DNA of 64,000 bases. Source: an uncultured Candidatus Saccharibacteria bacterium. Lineage in GTDB: Bacteria > Patescibacteriota > Minisyncoccia > Phycocordibacterales > CAZPGN01. The notes under the pieces are model-generated. The model was not told the origin of the DNA and ran no database searches. It saw nothing but the letters and a program-made list of their open reading frames with translations. A program made the translations under genes and the position numbers. How positions within the stretch are numbered: position 1 is the first letter of the stretch; every line of letters begins with the position of its first letter. Location: NCBI GenBank assembly GCA_964586635.1, contig CAZPGN010000003.1:8945-72944 (forward strand). The letters run 5' to 3'. Of this stretch, positions 9,716-19,779 are shown one piece after another.

Positions 9716-10810
9716 TCAAGTAAGTCGCGCTTCTAGAAAATCGAGTTTTGCGATATTGTCAATCTCCCCCGCGTGAGACAGTTCATCGCGCCTAATTGAA
9801 ATGAGTGCATCAATACTTTTTCTATCGTGTCGCGCCATCTTTTTTAGCACGAACAGTGCCTCGCCAAGCTCGCGATAGTTCCCAGAGGACAACCATGTTG
9901 CGAGCAATTTCCCGGCATCGGCATCTAGCGACACAAGCGGATATAATAAGTACTTTAGAAAACGTGCCCACTCATGTGCCGCTTTCCGCTTATACTGCCA
10001 TGCGCGCTTCAGCCACGGAACAAGGATGAGACGCTTGCGCCAGAACGGGATTGCCGCCGAAGTCATCAACCACCACGGTATTTTAAACACATAACGATTG
10101 ACCGCAAACGGATCAAGGATACCAATGGTATATGGGTTCGTGGGGTGGCGGACGGTATATGGACGCGCATCTTGAAGTTGAGTGTGCAGTATCTCCGGAA
10201 GCGAGTAGCAACGAGTCGCAAGAGCTATCTCGCCGAGCGTAAGATTTAGGCCGTTCAATCCCGATGGAGTCTTGCGACGAAAAATCTTGTTGAGAAGTTC
10301 GCGCCGATACAGGCCGAAAAAGAATATGGGCACAATACGGCCGCGCAGATATCTTGTATAAAGTTCCTGATGGCTAAGGCGCGTAAAATCGTGCGTCATG
10401 GTCTCTGTGCGGTCAGCTCCATCATAAATTGTTTTTTTGTAATAATGGGACATGGCGACACCATATTCAGGATTCTTTTCCAAAACGCACACGAGCTTTT
10501 CGACAAATGTCTTGTCCCACAAGTCGTCATCCGAGGCCCACATGAAATACGCTCCGTGCGCACGCCGCAGAACAAACTCATGATTCTCCATGCCGTTTAT
10601 GTCCCTTTTCTGCCGAGTATACGCTATACGTTCGTCGCGCGCGGCAAACCTTTGTACAACCTGTTCCGTGTCGTCTGTGGAAGCATTGTCCGAAATGATC
10701 AATTCGATGTTTCGGTATGTCTGTCCAGTGAGCGAAATGAGCGCATTTTTCAGAAGATGCGCCCTATTCCTCGTTGGCAAGCCAATTGAAACAAGGGGTC
10801 CTCGTATCAT
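9716..10810 (-). CDS. Glycosyltransferase family 2
   Basis: VSIGLPTRNR, IISDNASTD, YFMWASDDD. Confidence 0.88.
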   Translation of the reverse strand: MIRGPLVSIGLPTRNRAHLLKNALISLTGQTYRNIELIISDNASTDDTEQVVQRFAARDERIAYTRQKRDINGMENHEFVLRRAHGAYFMWASDDDLWDKTFVEKLVCVLEKNPEYGVAMSHYYKKTIYDGADRTETMTHDFTRLSHQELYTRYLRGRIVPIFFFGLYRRELLNKIFRRKTPSGLNGLNLTLGEIALATRCYSLPEILHTQLQDARPYTVRHPTNPYTIGILDPFAVNRYVFKIPWWLMTSAAIPFWRKRLILVPWLKRAWQYKRKAAHEWARFLKYLLYPLVSLDADAGKLLATWLSSGNYRELGEALFVLKKMARHDRKSIDALISIRRDELSHAGEIDNIAKLDFLEARLT

Positions 10811-11691
10811 AGAAAACGCACAACCTCCGCGGCGCGCACGGTGGAATCAAGCTGTTCTATTGCCGAACAGCCGGGTACTACAACACCGATAGCGGGGTCT
10901 CGCACGCACCATGCAATCGCCCATTCCGCAGAATCAACACCCGCCGGCACTTCCGCTCTAATTATTCCGCGCGCTCGCTGGAGCAACTCCGCATCGTAGT
11001 CTTTCGCCGGCTTGAACCTTGTCGAAAGGTACCCTTTCGCAAGTGGAGCCCTTGCAATAAGCCCAAGATTGGAAACCCGAGCCAAGGGTATGACACTCTC
11101 TTCGGCCTCATTGTGCAAACGGCTATAAGCAACTTGTGCTGTCTCCACGCCAAATACTTCGATAGCGAGCTTAAGTATTTCGACAGCGCCTTCAATGAGT
11201 TCATTATCTCCAAGAGAGATGCCCGCTGCGCGTATTTTGCCCGCCGCGCGCGCGGCGGCAAGTGCGCGACATATTCCATTTCTGTTTTCTAAAAAATCAG
11301 CACTGTCGCGAGAATCAAACAGGTGCGCCTGAAAAATATCGATGTAGTCCGTTCGAAGCGCCGCAAGAGACGCATCGAGCGATGCCATGATCGATGCAAA
11401 CGACCAGTCGGCAACACGATCTTCAATATTTCCGATGTGTCCGAATTTGGTCGCGACAACAAACCGTTCTCGCTTGCCTTGAAGCGCGCCTCCAATGAGC
11501 CGCTCCGATGCGTGGTTCCGGTAACACTCTCCGGTGTCGACAAAATTAAATCCCAATTCTTCCGCGCGTCCTATGTATCGACCGATGTCGTCTTGAGAAA
11601 ATGTCTTGCCACCCATGCCACTCCATTGATGGGTCTCGATCCCTACGACCGAAACGCGAAGGCCTGTTTTTCCGAGTGTTCTGTATTCCAT
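10807..11691 (-). CDS. Aldo/keto reductase
   Basis: MEYRTLGKTGLRVS, DTGECY, VVATKFG, SL..LRTDYIDIFQAH, PLAKGYLS. Confidence 0.88.
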   Translation of the reverse strand: MEYRTLGKTGLRVSVVGIETHQWSGMGGKTFSQDDIGRYIGRAEELGFNFVDTGECYRNHASERLIGGALQGKRERFVVATKFGHIGNIEDRVADWSFASIMASLDASLAALRTDYIDIFQAHLFDSRDSADFLENRNGICRALAAARAAGKIRAAGISLGDNELIEGAVEILKLAIEVFGVETAQVAYSRLHNEAEESVIPLARVSNLGLIARAPLAKGYLSTRFKPAKDYDAELLQRARGIIRAEVPAGVDSAEWAIAWCVRDPAIGVVVPGCSAIEQLDSTVRAAEVVRFL

Positions 11692-11702
11692 ACGAAGCGC
11701 TA

Positions 11703-12785
11703 CTATCGCCGACTCCAGCGAAGGTCACTGGTAATGCGCCCCTCGTGAAGATGTCGCTCAAGCGTTTGCAGGCGATAGAATTTCGGGTCCTTAAATAGCT
11801 CCTTCGTTAGCCCCATTGTTCGCAAACCATCCGCCATTTCTCGAACTCCTTCCTCTATCGAACGTTTGCAAGAAAATGAGGAAAAGCGCTCTCGTATTCT
11901 ATCAAATGACACACGGTAGCTGCGCGTATCCTTTCCGTCTTTTACTGCCGCACTCGCGATGAGTTTGTCATCCGCACCACTGTCGAACGCGCGCACAAAT
12001 TCAATCGGACATGTCCCGACAACAGAAGCCACCTGCTCCGCGATGCGGATCACGGGCAGATTGCTCGAATCATCCCCAACATTAAGGATAAGAAGTCGCC
12101 CGCCATCCCAATCAGATTCGAGAGCCGCCTGAACCGCTTCCGCAACATCCAAAATATGCACATTGGGGCGCCACGACGAACCATCAGAATTTAGCCTAAT
12201 GCGTCCCGTCGTAAGAGCCATGCCGACGAACATATTTATCACAATGTCAAAACGGATGCGAGGAGAAAGCCCAAACACCGTTGCGAATCGAAGCGCGATC
12301 GGCGAGAAATTCTCATCTGCCAGACTTTTCAGGTCTTCCTCGACCTCGAGCTTGTTCCTCGAATATGCGGTCTCCGGATTGGTTGCGGATTCTTCGTTCG
12401 ATGCCATGCGCGGGTCGCTCTTGCCATATACGGAACAGCTTGAGGCGAACACGAACCGCACTTTATGTTCCTTGCACATTTCCGCAATCTTCTTCGCGTA
12501 CGCGCGAGTTGGGTCATATATTAAAGCGGCGTCCAGATTCCCGAATGGGTCATTTGAAATGCCCGCGAAATGCACCACGGCGTCAATAGCGTCAAGATCC
12601 CCTGCTGTAACATCGCGGGCGTCTTTGTATACTGTGGGTATTTCTGTTGTCGGCGGATAGAGGAGCGAATCTTTGAAATATCCAGTATCGAGCACCGTCA
12701 CGGCAAAACCATTCTCAATGAGGTATGGAGCCACAACGCTACCAAGATATCCGAGACCTCCGGTTATGAGGACATGTTTAGACAT
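11703..12785 (-). CDS. NAD-dependent NDP-sugar epimerase/dehydratase
   Basis: TGGLGYLG, ISNDP, ASSCSVYG, YSRNK, LRFATVFG, SDGSSWRP. Confidence 0.88.
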   Translation of the reverse strand: MSKHVLITGGLGYLGSVVAPYLIENGFAVTVLDTGYFKDSLLYPPTTEIPTVYKDARDVTAGDLDAIDAVVHFAGISNDPFGNLDAALIYDPTRAYAKKIAEMCKEHKVRFVFASSCSVYGKSDPRMASNEESATNPETAYSRNKLEVEEDLKSLADENFSPIALRFATVFGLSPRIRFDIVINMFVGMALTTGRIRLNSDGSSWRPNVHILDVAEAVQAALESDWDGGRLLILNVGDDSSNLPVIRIAEQVASVVGTCPIEFVRAFDSGADDKLIASAAVKDGKDTRSYRVSFDRIRERFSSFSCKRSIEEGVREMADGLRTMGLTKELFKDPKFYRLQTLERHLHEGRITSDLRWSRR

Positions 12786-13914
12786 ATTGCTCTTGTTCTA
12801 TTCGAATACTCTTTAGCGTATCGGCCTGACCATCAAGACTGTATGCGCGAAGTACCCGCTCGACGGGAGAATCGGTGGCCTTCCCAATCTCCGGAGGCCT
12901 AGTAACGCGAGCGCCCTTCGTTTTTGCCGATATCGGAGGAACAAACGCATTTTCAGAAAAACGGCCAATGCTCTCTTCCGGAGAATATCTATCAGCAAAG
13001 GTCTGTGGATACTTTTTAGGGAGGGAATCTGCAGCTTGCTTAAATTCTATCAGAAATGTTCCGTACTCGCGAGACCCTGTCAGCCTGCCAACCCGTTGAA
13101 GACAAGCGAGCGCATATTCAAAGTGCTCGAACACGATGGCAATAAATGCAAGCTTTTCGAACATGGCGTCTTTCTTTTTTGGATCGCGAAACTTTTCGAT
13201 ACTTTCGATGCGGCGAAGAAATAGTCCGTCCGACGCATTTTGGAAACCCCTGCCCCGTAGGCCAAGCGGCGCCCGCAACGGCGCATATTCAAGAATATAT
13301 TTTGTAAATCGCGCGAACACAAACCCCTTACGGTCTACATATCGCGCAACGTCCCCAAAAAGTTTCTGTCCGCGATAGAGTGCGTGGAATTCAACTTCCG
13401 CAATGATAGCAAGCACGCTGTCCCGCAGAGCGCGGGAAGCTCCAATCAGAATATCATACTCTGTGCCCTGCGTATCGAGCGTCAATATATCGGGAGGAGG
13501 AAGATCCCGTTCTCGCTTGAGAATCGTATCAAGGGTACACACGCGCACGCGCCGCCGTTCTATCGGAGCAAATGTCTCGCCAACAATGTAATCGTAATTG
13601 TTTACTCCGTCGGAATATCTCCCCGAATGATAGCTCCAGCTCTTGTACTTTGGATCAAAGCGGCGGAGCGAGCTCGTGAAGGGGTCCATATTGATGTAGA
13701 AATTTGCGCTCTGTCTGTCCCGTCCGCCAACGCAATACGGCAAGACATGCAACTCCGACTCGAGCCCCTCGTTCGCGCGCTTTATCTGGGGTATGCAATC
13801 CAGATCGGCATCGTACAGAACATTCACAAAATCTTTTTCGAACTTCTCAAGCACAGGAAATGGCCTGTTTCCGAACCGACCTCCAACATGGTGAGATACG
13901 ATACGATTATCCAT
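12778..13914 (-). CDS. FkbM-family methyltransferase
   Basis: HHVGGR, TLDTIL, LTLDTQGTEYDIL.GA, AEVEFHALYRGQKLFGDV; start ATG 13914 coupled (TAATG) to the upstream stop. Confidence 0.78.
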   Translation of the reverse strand: MDNRIVSHHVGGRFGNRPFPVLEKFEKDFVNVLYDADLDCIPQIKRANEGLESELHVLPYCVGGRDRQSANFYINMDPFTSSLRRFDPKYKSWSYHSGRYSDGVNNYDYIVGETFAPIERRRVRVCTLDTILKRERDLPPPDILTLDTQGTEYDILIGASRALRDSVLAIIAEVEFHALYRGQKLFGDVARYVDRKGFVFARFTKYILEYAPLRAPLGLRGRGFQNASDGLFLRRIESIEKFRDPKKKDAMFEKLAFIAIVFEHFEYALACLQRVGRLTGSREYGTFLIEFKQAADSLPKKYPQTFADRYSPEESIGRFSENAFVPPISAKTKGARVTRPPEIGKATDSPVERVLRAYSLDGQADTLKSIRIEQEQYV

Positions 13915-14660
13915 TATCGAATCCGTTTCAGATACCCACCCGGTGTGTCGCTTATCAAAAGCTGTGAATCTATATCGATGTCGATAGCGAAATTTTTGTC
14001 GTGCTCGAGGAACTTTGTTATTGCGGTCGCTGGATTGTTCTCCTGACTCCACGGCCTATTGGCATGGGCCTTCGGGTATGTGTTAATGGGAAGTTTCTTG
14101 AGCACCGTATCGCCAACGAGCAAATAGCTGTTCTTTGTAACAAGCGTAGAGTAGAGCATGAGCTCTTTGTATACATGGTCTCCTGTGTGAAGCGAATCGA
14201 GCGAGACCAAAACGGGTTGGCTTGAACCAACCGCAACCCTAACTTTTTCGTATATTTTCTTGTCGACCGACGAGCCTTCGATGAGTTCAATGCCGCCGCC
14301 AAAGCGATGCTCCTCGATCGTTTTGCGATTATGGGCGCGCACATCTATGTCGACCCCAATGACCTTTCCGCCCCCAATCAAATGCAACATCGAAGCATAA
14401 AAGATTGACGAGCCGCCACGCGCCACGCCAATATCGACTATCACTTTCGGACGCACCCGCCAGATGATTTCTTGGGTTGCGATAATATCTTCGGGATGAT
14501 GAAAAATTGGCGCGCCAAGCCAGCTAAAATTGTAGGTGTATTGCGCCTGCGCCGCACCGACAAGGAACGCATCGGCGAGTTCGGCCAGCTTTTTACTCTT
14601 GCCTTGAACGCGGATTCGTTTTATTTTCTCTCGTTCAAATTGTTTCCTATCATCTTTCAT
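13914..14660 (-). CDS. CmcI (cephalosporin hydroxylase)-family methyltransferase-like protein
   Basis: YTYNFSWLGAPI, QEIIWRVRP, GVARGGS, IEGSSVD, LDSLHT.DHV..EL..Y, NNPATA. Confidence 0.85.
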   Translation of the reverse strand: MKDDRKQFEREKIKRIRVQGKSKKLAELADAFLVGAAQAQYTYNFSWLGAPIFHHPEDIIATQEIIWRVRPKVIVDIGVARGGSSIFYASMLHLIGGGKVIGVDIDVRAHNRKTIEEHRFGGGIELIEGSSVDKKIYEKVRVAVGSSQPVLVSLDSLHTGDHVYKELMLYSTLVTKNSYLLVGDTVLKKLPINTYPKAHANRPWSQENNPATAITKFLEHDKNFAIDIDIDSQLLISDTPGGYLKRIR

Positions 14661-14669
14661 GGTCGCCCA

Positions 14670-15479
14670 TTATATCGTCTGCGCCAAAAAACCGCCATCC
14701 ACCGGAATATCAATTCCAGTAATGAAGCCGCTCGCTTTATGACTTGCTAGAAACACGACAGCGCCTATCAATTCTTCTGGTTCCCCAAAACGCCCCATCG
14801 GCGTGTGCCTGAATATCGCATCGGCGCGCGGACCCGGCGTGCCGCCCTCGTCAATAAGCATGCGCCGATTCTGTTCGGCTGGGATAAAGCCGGGAGTTAT
14901 CGTGTTCACGCGGACTCCTCGCGATGCCCATTCGCGTGCAAGATAGCGGCTCATGTTGATGATGACTGCTTTCGATGCCGAATACGCAACCATGCGCGGC
15001 AGGGGGATATGTCCCGAAAGGCTCGCCAAATTAATGATGCTCCCCTTCCCGCGCGCACACATGGCAGGCCCAAACTCCTGCAGTGGCAGGAGCGCCCCTG
15101 CTCCAACATTCATTTTGAAATGCCGTTCCCAATCATCATACCGTATCGATTCGAATGGATGCTCCTTTGTGGCGTTGACACTCGGGTCGTTCCCGCCTGC
15201 CGCATTCACCAGCACGGTTGGCGCACCGAGTTCCTGTGCGACTCTCTCGTGCGCTCGCCGCAGACTTGCGGGATCGGCCGCATCCACCTCAAAAAACGCC
15301 GCGGCGCCTCCCCGCTTCAAAATTGTCTCTGCGCAGGCCTCTCCGTGTTCAACATTGCGGCCGAGCACGGCAACAACCGCGCCGGATGCGCCTAGTCCAC
15401 GCGCAATAGCGCCGCCGAGCAGGCCTGTCGCGCCGATTACAACCGCTATTTCGCCGTGTAGGTCAAATAAGTCATTCAT
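14670..15479 (-). CDS. Short-chain dehydrogenase (UxuB/KduD-like sugar-acid oxidoreductase)
   Basis: GATGLLG, VNAAGGN, YSASK, VNTITPGF, TPMGRFGEPEEL.GA, VDGGF. Confidence 0.85.
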   Translation of the reverse strand: MNDLFDLHGEIAVVIGATGLLGGAIARGLGASGAVVAVLGRNVEHGEACAETILKRGGAAAFFEVDAADPASLRRAHERVAQELGAPTVLVNAAGGNDPSVNATKEHPFESIRYDDWERHFKMNVGAGALLPLQEFGPAMCARGKGSIINLASLSGHIPLPRMVAYSASKAVIINMSRYLAREWASRGVRVNTITPGFIPAEQNRRMLIDEGGTPGPRADAIFRHTPMGRFGEPEELIGAVVFLASHKASGFITGIDIPVDGGFLAQTI

Positions 15480-15991
15480 AGAAGGCCGAGGCGTGTGCGA
15501 AGCCTCGAATACTTGTCGTGTTCGGAACACCAGTGGATCCGAAGCTCTCCCCTGTGGCTCAAGGTAGTCGGCACGCGGCCATCAATATACCGCGACCCCA
15601 AACACGCCGTGATATCTTTATTGTCGAGAAGCCTGCCAGTTTCCTTAAAATGCGCCAGATTGAACAGGAGATGCTCGAGCAATGTAATACATGTGCCATC
15701 TGCCTGTTCAAAGGGAACTTGGGACTCCTCGCTCTCGCTAACTAACATGACATAGGTGGAATCGGGCCTCCGTTCGTGTAAAACAACATCGCTGTCTAGA
15801 TTTCGATATGTTCGACTCACTGGGAAATGCTTTTTGCACGCGGCATATACTTGATCGGGCGTGACATCGCGTGCGACCACGATACTGCTCGAAAAGTGGC
15901 CATGTCGCAGGGGACAACGCAGGGCGCGCGTGTCTATCTGAAGAGCGAATTCTTCTTCGTAAAGCCGTTCCCATTTCGACAGCTCGTCCAT
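15476..15991 (-). CDS. Hypothetical protein
   Basis: ORF coupled (ATGA) to the SDR gene; segment ITLLEHLL...FKETGRLLD...T.C.GSR..DGRVP resembles hypothetical proteins of CPR genomes (from memory, unverified). Confidence 0.55.
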   Translation of the reverse strand: MDELSKWERLYEEEFALQIDTRALRCPLRHGHFSSSIVVARDVTPDQVYAACKKHFPVSRTYRNLDSDVVLHERRPDSTYVMLVSESEESQVPFEQADGTCITLLEHLLFNLAHFKETGRLLDNKDITACLGSRYIDGRVPTTLSHRGELRIHWCSEHDKYSRLRTRLGLL

Positions 15992-16059
15992 GTTCTTTTG
16001 GGTAATTTGTTTTTGTATTTTGAGACTTATCTTGGTATGGTATAGCAACGAATAGCTTC

Positions 16060-17079
16060 ATGCAACGAGACACTGACGCGCACGCGGCCACCAATTCGAA
16101 TATGCAAAAGAGCGAAAGCGAGATTACTATTTGCTCTGCGTACAGCTCAAACGACACAAAAAAAGAGTTGGAGATAAACCACGCATTCGTACAAAAAATG
16201 AATCCGGGAGTTCGTCTCCGTTGGTTAGTCGCCGAAGCATCCGATATCGGAGAAACTGAACAGATAGATCCAAAAAAGTTTTTGGTTTACGAAGGCTTGC
16301 GCACGCGCGATATCGAAAAGAATATCGGCTGGCGAAGCGTTCAGCACGCAGGATCGCTGAATAAACTGTTCCCGCATGTCAGGACCCGCTTTCTTCTCAT
16401 TTTAGATCCCGATTTCTATGTTGTCCGTCCACATTGGATACGCGAAGTCGTTCAACATATGAGCACGAATGGTCTTGCTTTCTTCGGAAGTCCCTGGCAT
16501 CCGCGCGACTACGCGAAGCCGCGCTACTTTCTCTCTACGCACTTTTTTTGCATCGACCTTTTGCGCGTGCCCGTATCGGAGATTAACTTTCTGCCCGGCA
16601 ATATCAAGGAGTTGCCGGTGAACAAAAAAATACCGGCGCTCGCGCGCGCTCTCATTACTGACCGACAATATATCGGTAAATCACGAGACAGCGGTTTTCG
16701 GATGTATCAGAAATTTTTCAATAGAACGGACACTCGCCGCGACTCGTTCAAGCCGGTATTCCGACCATGGAAGGACTGGGATCCCCTGAAGAATATTCTC
16801 TGGATGCCGAACGCGCTCATCGAATTCTTTCTTCCCGAGCGATTATGCTTTCTTCCCAAGCGGCGCAGTGAATACTCACGCAAGTCATTCAATGAGTATG
16901 GGGCGCGCGGCGTCGCCGATGATAAATTTGAAGAATATGTTTGGAAAGACGCTCCATTTGCCATCCATCTACGCGGCACCAAAGCTGGCTACTATGGCTC
17001 TGGCGGCAACAACAAATTTACAAAGGATATCGAGTACATCCGTTCGATACTGGATACATACATGACGGATCGAGTTTGA
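16060..17079 (+). CDS. Putative GT-A-fold glycosyltransferase
   Basis: HAGSLN...TRFLLILDPDFY (DxD after a beta strand); start may be 16102. Confidence 0.5.
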   Translation: MQRDTDAHAATNSNMQKSESEITICSAYSSNDTKKELEINHAFVQKMNPGVRLRWLVAEASDIGETEQIDPKKFLVYEGLRTRDIEKNIGWRSVQHAGSLNKLFPHVRTRFLLILDPDFYVVRPHWIREVVQHMSTNGLAFFGSPWHPRDYAKPRYFLSTHFFCIDLLRVPVSEINFLPGNIKELPVNKKIPALARALITDRQYIGKSRDSGFRMYQKFFNRTDTRRDSFKPVFRPWKDWDPLKNILWMPNALIEFFLPERLCFLPKRRSEYSRKSFNEYGARGVADDKFEEYVWKDAPFAIHLRGTKAGYYGSGGNNKFTKDIEYIRSILDTYMTDRV

Positions 17080-17121
17080 CGAATGCGGCCGCTCAAGTAG
17101 ACTGCACTCGGAGGTGGAATT

Positions 17122-18027
17122 GTGATCATTCCGCGAAAGGTGAGCATTGAGACCATTTTTGGGTGCAATTTGAGTTGCACAATGTGTGACATTGACGCCC
17201 CAACCACCCGCAAGAAGAGCGTCATGGAAATGGAGCTCTTCGAAAAGATCCTACGCGATCTTGCGCCGTATCGCGAGACAATCGAAGTACTTGACCTCTT
17301 CGGGCTCGGGGAACCGTTGCTCGATCCGAAGATCTGTGGGCGAATCCGCCTAGCGAAGGAAGCCGGGTTTAAGAATGTCGGCATTTCCACAAACGCAGAC
17401 ATACTGAATGATTATCGACGCCTGCGCTTGTTGCGGTCTGGCGTCGACACAGTCATCATCTCGATCGATGGCGCCACAAAGGAGACGCACGAAGCGATAC
17501 GCCGCGGCTCGCGATTCGATCGGACGGTATCTAATACGATTGCGCTCATTGATGCGCGCTCGCAGATGGGTCTTGCAATGAAAATCATCGTGCGATTCAT
17601 CCGCCAGGATTTGAATCGGGACGAGTGGCCCGCATTCAAAAAATTCTGGGACAAGTATATCGATCGAACGCGGAAGGACACGATCGGTGTATATGATGTC
17701 CACGCACAAGGCCCCGCGATCAGCAAGAAAGATGCCCTCAAGGCTTCTGACAATGAAATGGATGAGAAGCTCGAACTAGAATCGTGTCCACTCATCCAAT
17801 CAACGCTCTACATTCTTGCTGATGGATGCGTCGTGCCTTGCAGTCAGGATTGGCTGTGCGGACGACACACATTCGGCACTACCAAGGAGGAATCGGCCAT
17901 AGATATCTTTAATTCCCCAAAGTTCAGCGAGTTCCGCGAAATACACAATACGGGGCTCAAAAATACCATCGCGATGTGCGCGGGTTGCACGATCGCCTAC
18001 AGCGACGCGCGCAAAGAATATGCATAA
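17122..18027 (+). CDS. Radical SAM protein with SPASM/twitch domain
   Basis: CNLSCTMC, GLGEPLLD, ISTNA, ISIDG, C-terminal C...DG.VVPC..D...CAGC. Confidence 0.88.
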   Translation: MIIPRKVSIETIFGCNLSCTMCDIDAPTTRKKSVMEMELFEKILRDLAPYRETIEVLDLFGLGEPLLDPKICGRIRLAKEAGFKNVGISTNADILNDYRRLRLLRSGVDTVIISIDGATKETHEAIRRGSRFDRTVSNTIALIDARSQMGLAMKIIVRFIRQDLNRDEWPAFKKFWDKYIDRTRKDTIGVYDVHAQGPAISKKDALKASDNEMDEKLELESCPLIQSTLYILADGCVVPCSQDWLCGRHTFGTTKEESAIDIFNSPKFSEFREIHNTGLKNTIAMCAGCTIAYSDARKEYA

Positions 18028-18106
18028 GGCGCGGCCGCAACGCTTATCCGGGGCATCTGCCTCGGATCTTCTTTTTAGAAGGGAATTTGATACACTTCCT
18101 AATGCA

Positions 18107-18892
18107 ATGGAGATTCCAAATAAGAAATTGCGAAAGCAAATTGTCGAACTCATCCACAAGGGTGGTTCCCCTCACATTGGAAGCGCGCTCTCTATGGTCG
18201 AGATGATTTCTGCTGTCTTCTCGAGCATGGATATTGAAAAGATAAAGCACCGCGCGCCAGACAGAGACCGCTTTATTCAAAGCAAGGGGCATGGTGTCGC
18301 CGCGCTCTATGCCGTAATGGCTCGGCATGGACTCATTTCACCCGAAGCGCTTGCTACATTCCACTCAAACGGATCTCTCCTTGCGGGACACGCGAGCCAC
18401 TTCGTGCCATTCATAGAGCACTCAACCGGTGCGCTCGGTCATGGCCTTTCTGTCGCACTCGGAGCCGCCTTGGGCTTGCGGTCTATCGAATGCCAAGGAC
18501 GAGTATTCGTTCTATTGGGAGACGGAGAACTTCACGAAGGGTCAAACTGGGAAGCAATCATGCTCGCGGGACATTTGGGAATGGAAAATCTCACGGCTCT
18601 TGTCGACAACAATGGACTTGACCAGATGGGCAAACTGAATGCTTGTTGCGGCATTGAACCGCTTGTCGAAAAATTCAAGAGTTTCGGTTGGAACGCCGTG
18701 CGCCTCAACGGCCATGACGAAACGGCTATTTCAAAAACCATATCCGACAACAAGCGGCGCGGTAAACCACTCGCTATCATTTGCAACACTGTGAAGGGCA
18801 AGGGGGTTTCTTTTATGGAAGGAGAGGCGGTGTGGCATTACCGAACTCCGCGCGACGCAGATTACGAAACAGCCCTAACCGAGCTATCATGA
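18107..18892 (+). CDS. Transketolase, N-terminal (TPP-binding) subunit
   Basis: HIGSALS, DRFIQSKGH, STGALGHGL, GDGELHEGSNWEA, TVKGKGVSFME...WHY. Confidence 0.9.
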   Translation: MEIPNKKLRKQIVELIHKGGSPHIGSALSMVEMISAVFSSMDIEKIKHRAPDRDRFIQSKGHGVAALYAVMARHGLISPEALATFHSNGSLLAGHASHFVPFIEHSTGALGHGLSVALGAALGLRSIECQGRVFVLLGDGELHEGSNWEAIMLAGHLGMENLTALVDNNGLDQMGKLNACCGIEPLVEKFKSFGWNAVRLNGHDETAISKTISDNKRRGKPLAIICNTVKGKGVSFMEGEAVWHYRTPRDADYETALTELS

Positions 18893-19779
18893 GAACCATA
18901 CTATTTGAAAAAATCCATAAGGCTATGCGCGAGCGCAAAAACATCTTCTTCCTGACGGCCGGTGTTGGATTCAATCTTGTCGAACCGATGTTCGCTGAAT
19001 TTCCAACACGCACGCAGAATGTCGGCATAGCGGAACAGAATCTTGTCGGTATCGCCGCCGGATTGTCGAATGTCGGCTTTAAAGTCATATGCTATTCATA
19101 TACTAATTTTCTCGCCGAACGGGCGCTTGAGCAGATACGCAATGATATCTGTCTGCATCGATACGCGCCGATTCTCCTCGGCACCACTACGGGCTTTGAC
19201 AATGCGGGTCTCGGGGCAACCCACCATGCGCTCGATGATATTGGGGTTCTAAAGAGCCTGCCCCACATTTCGATATTTTCTCCCTCGAGCAACGAATCTA
19301 TGGCGGCTGTTATTGAAACTGCGCTCGATTCCAGCGAGGCGTCATTCATTCGATTTACAAAAAGCGAGTTCGCGGAAGGCAAACCCGTAACTCACATTAA
19401 CAGATTCCTGATACGCAACACATCTCCCATTCTCATCATTTCTCACGGAAAAATGGCGCACGCAAGCCGCGATGCCGCGAAAATCGCCGATGTTTGTGTT
19501 TTCGCGATGGACAAGCTGAAACCCCTAGACGAGCAGACGACAAAGAACTTGCTTTCGAAGTATTCACACATTGTTGTTGTTGAAGACAACTTCAAGTCAG
19601 GGCTTTTCAACTCGCTTTGTGAATTCGCGGCCCTGCATGGCCTGACTCCACGCCTGCACTCGCTCTCTCCTAGGGAGGAATATATCGGCGAGATCGGTGA
19701 TGCGGGATATTTCGAAGATCGCCACGGGCTAACGCCTGAAAAAATCAGCGCGTTTTGTAATACTCTATCATCCTGCTGA
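18889..19779 (+). CDS. Transketolase, C-terminal subunit
   Basis: NVGIAEQNLVGIAAGL, RALEQIRND, LGATHHALDD, VVVED; ATGA overlap with the N-terminal gene. Confidence 0.88.
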   Translation: MRTILFEKIHKAMRERKNIFFLTAGVGFNLVEPMFAEFPTRTQNVGIAEQNLVGIAAGLSNVGFKVICYSYTNFLAERALEQIRNDICLHRYAPILLGTTTGFDNAGLGATHHALDDIGVLKSLPHISIFSPSSNESMAAVIETALDSSEASFIRFTKSEFAEGKPVTHINRFLIRNTSPILIISHGKMAHASRDAAKIADVCVFAMDKLKPLDEQTTKNLLSKYSHIVVVEDNFKSGLFNSLCEFAALHGLTPRLHSLSPREEYIGEIGDAGYFEDRHGLTPEKISAFCNTLSSC

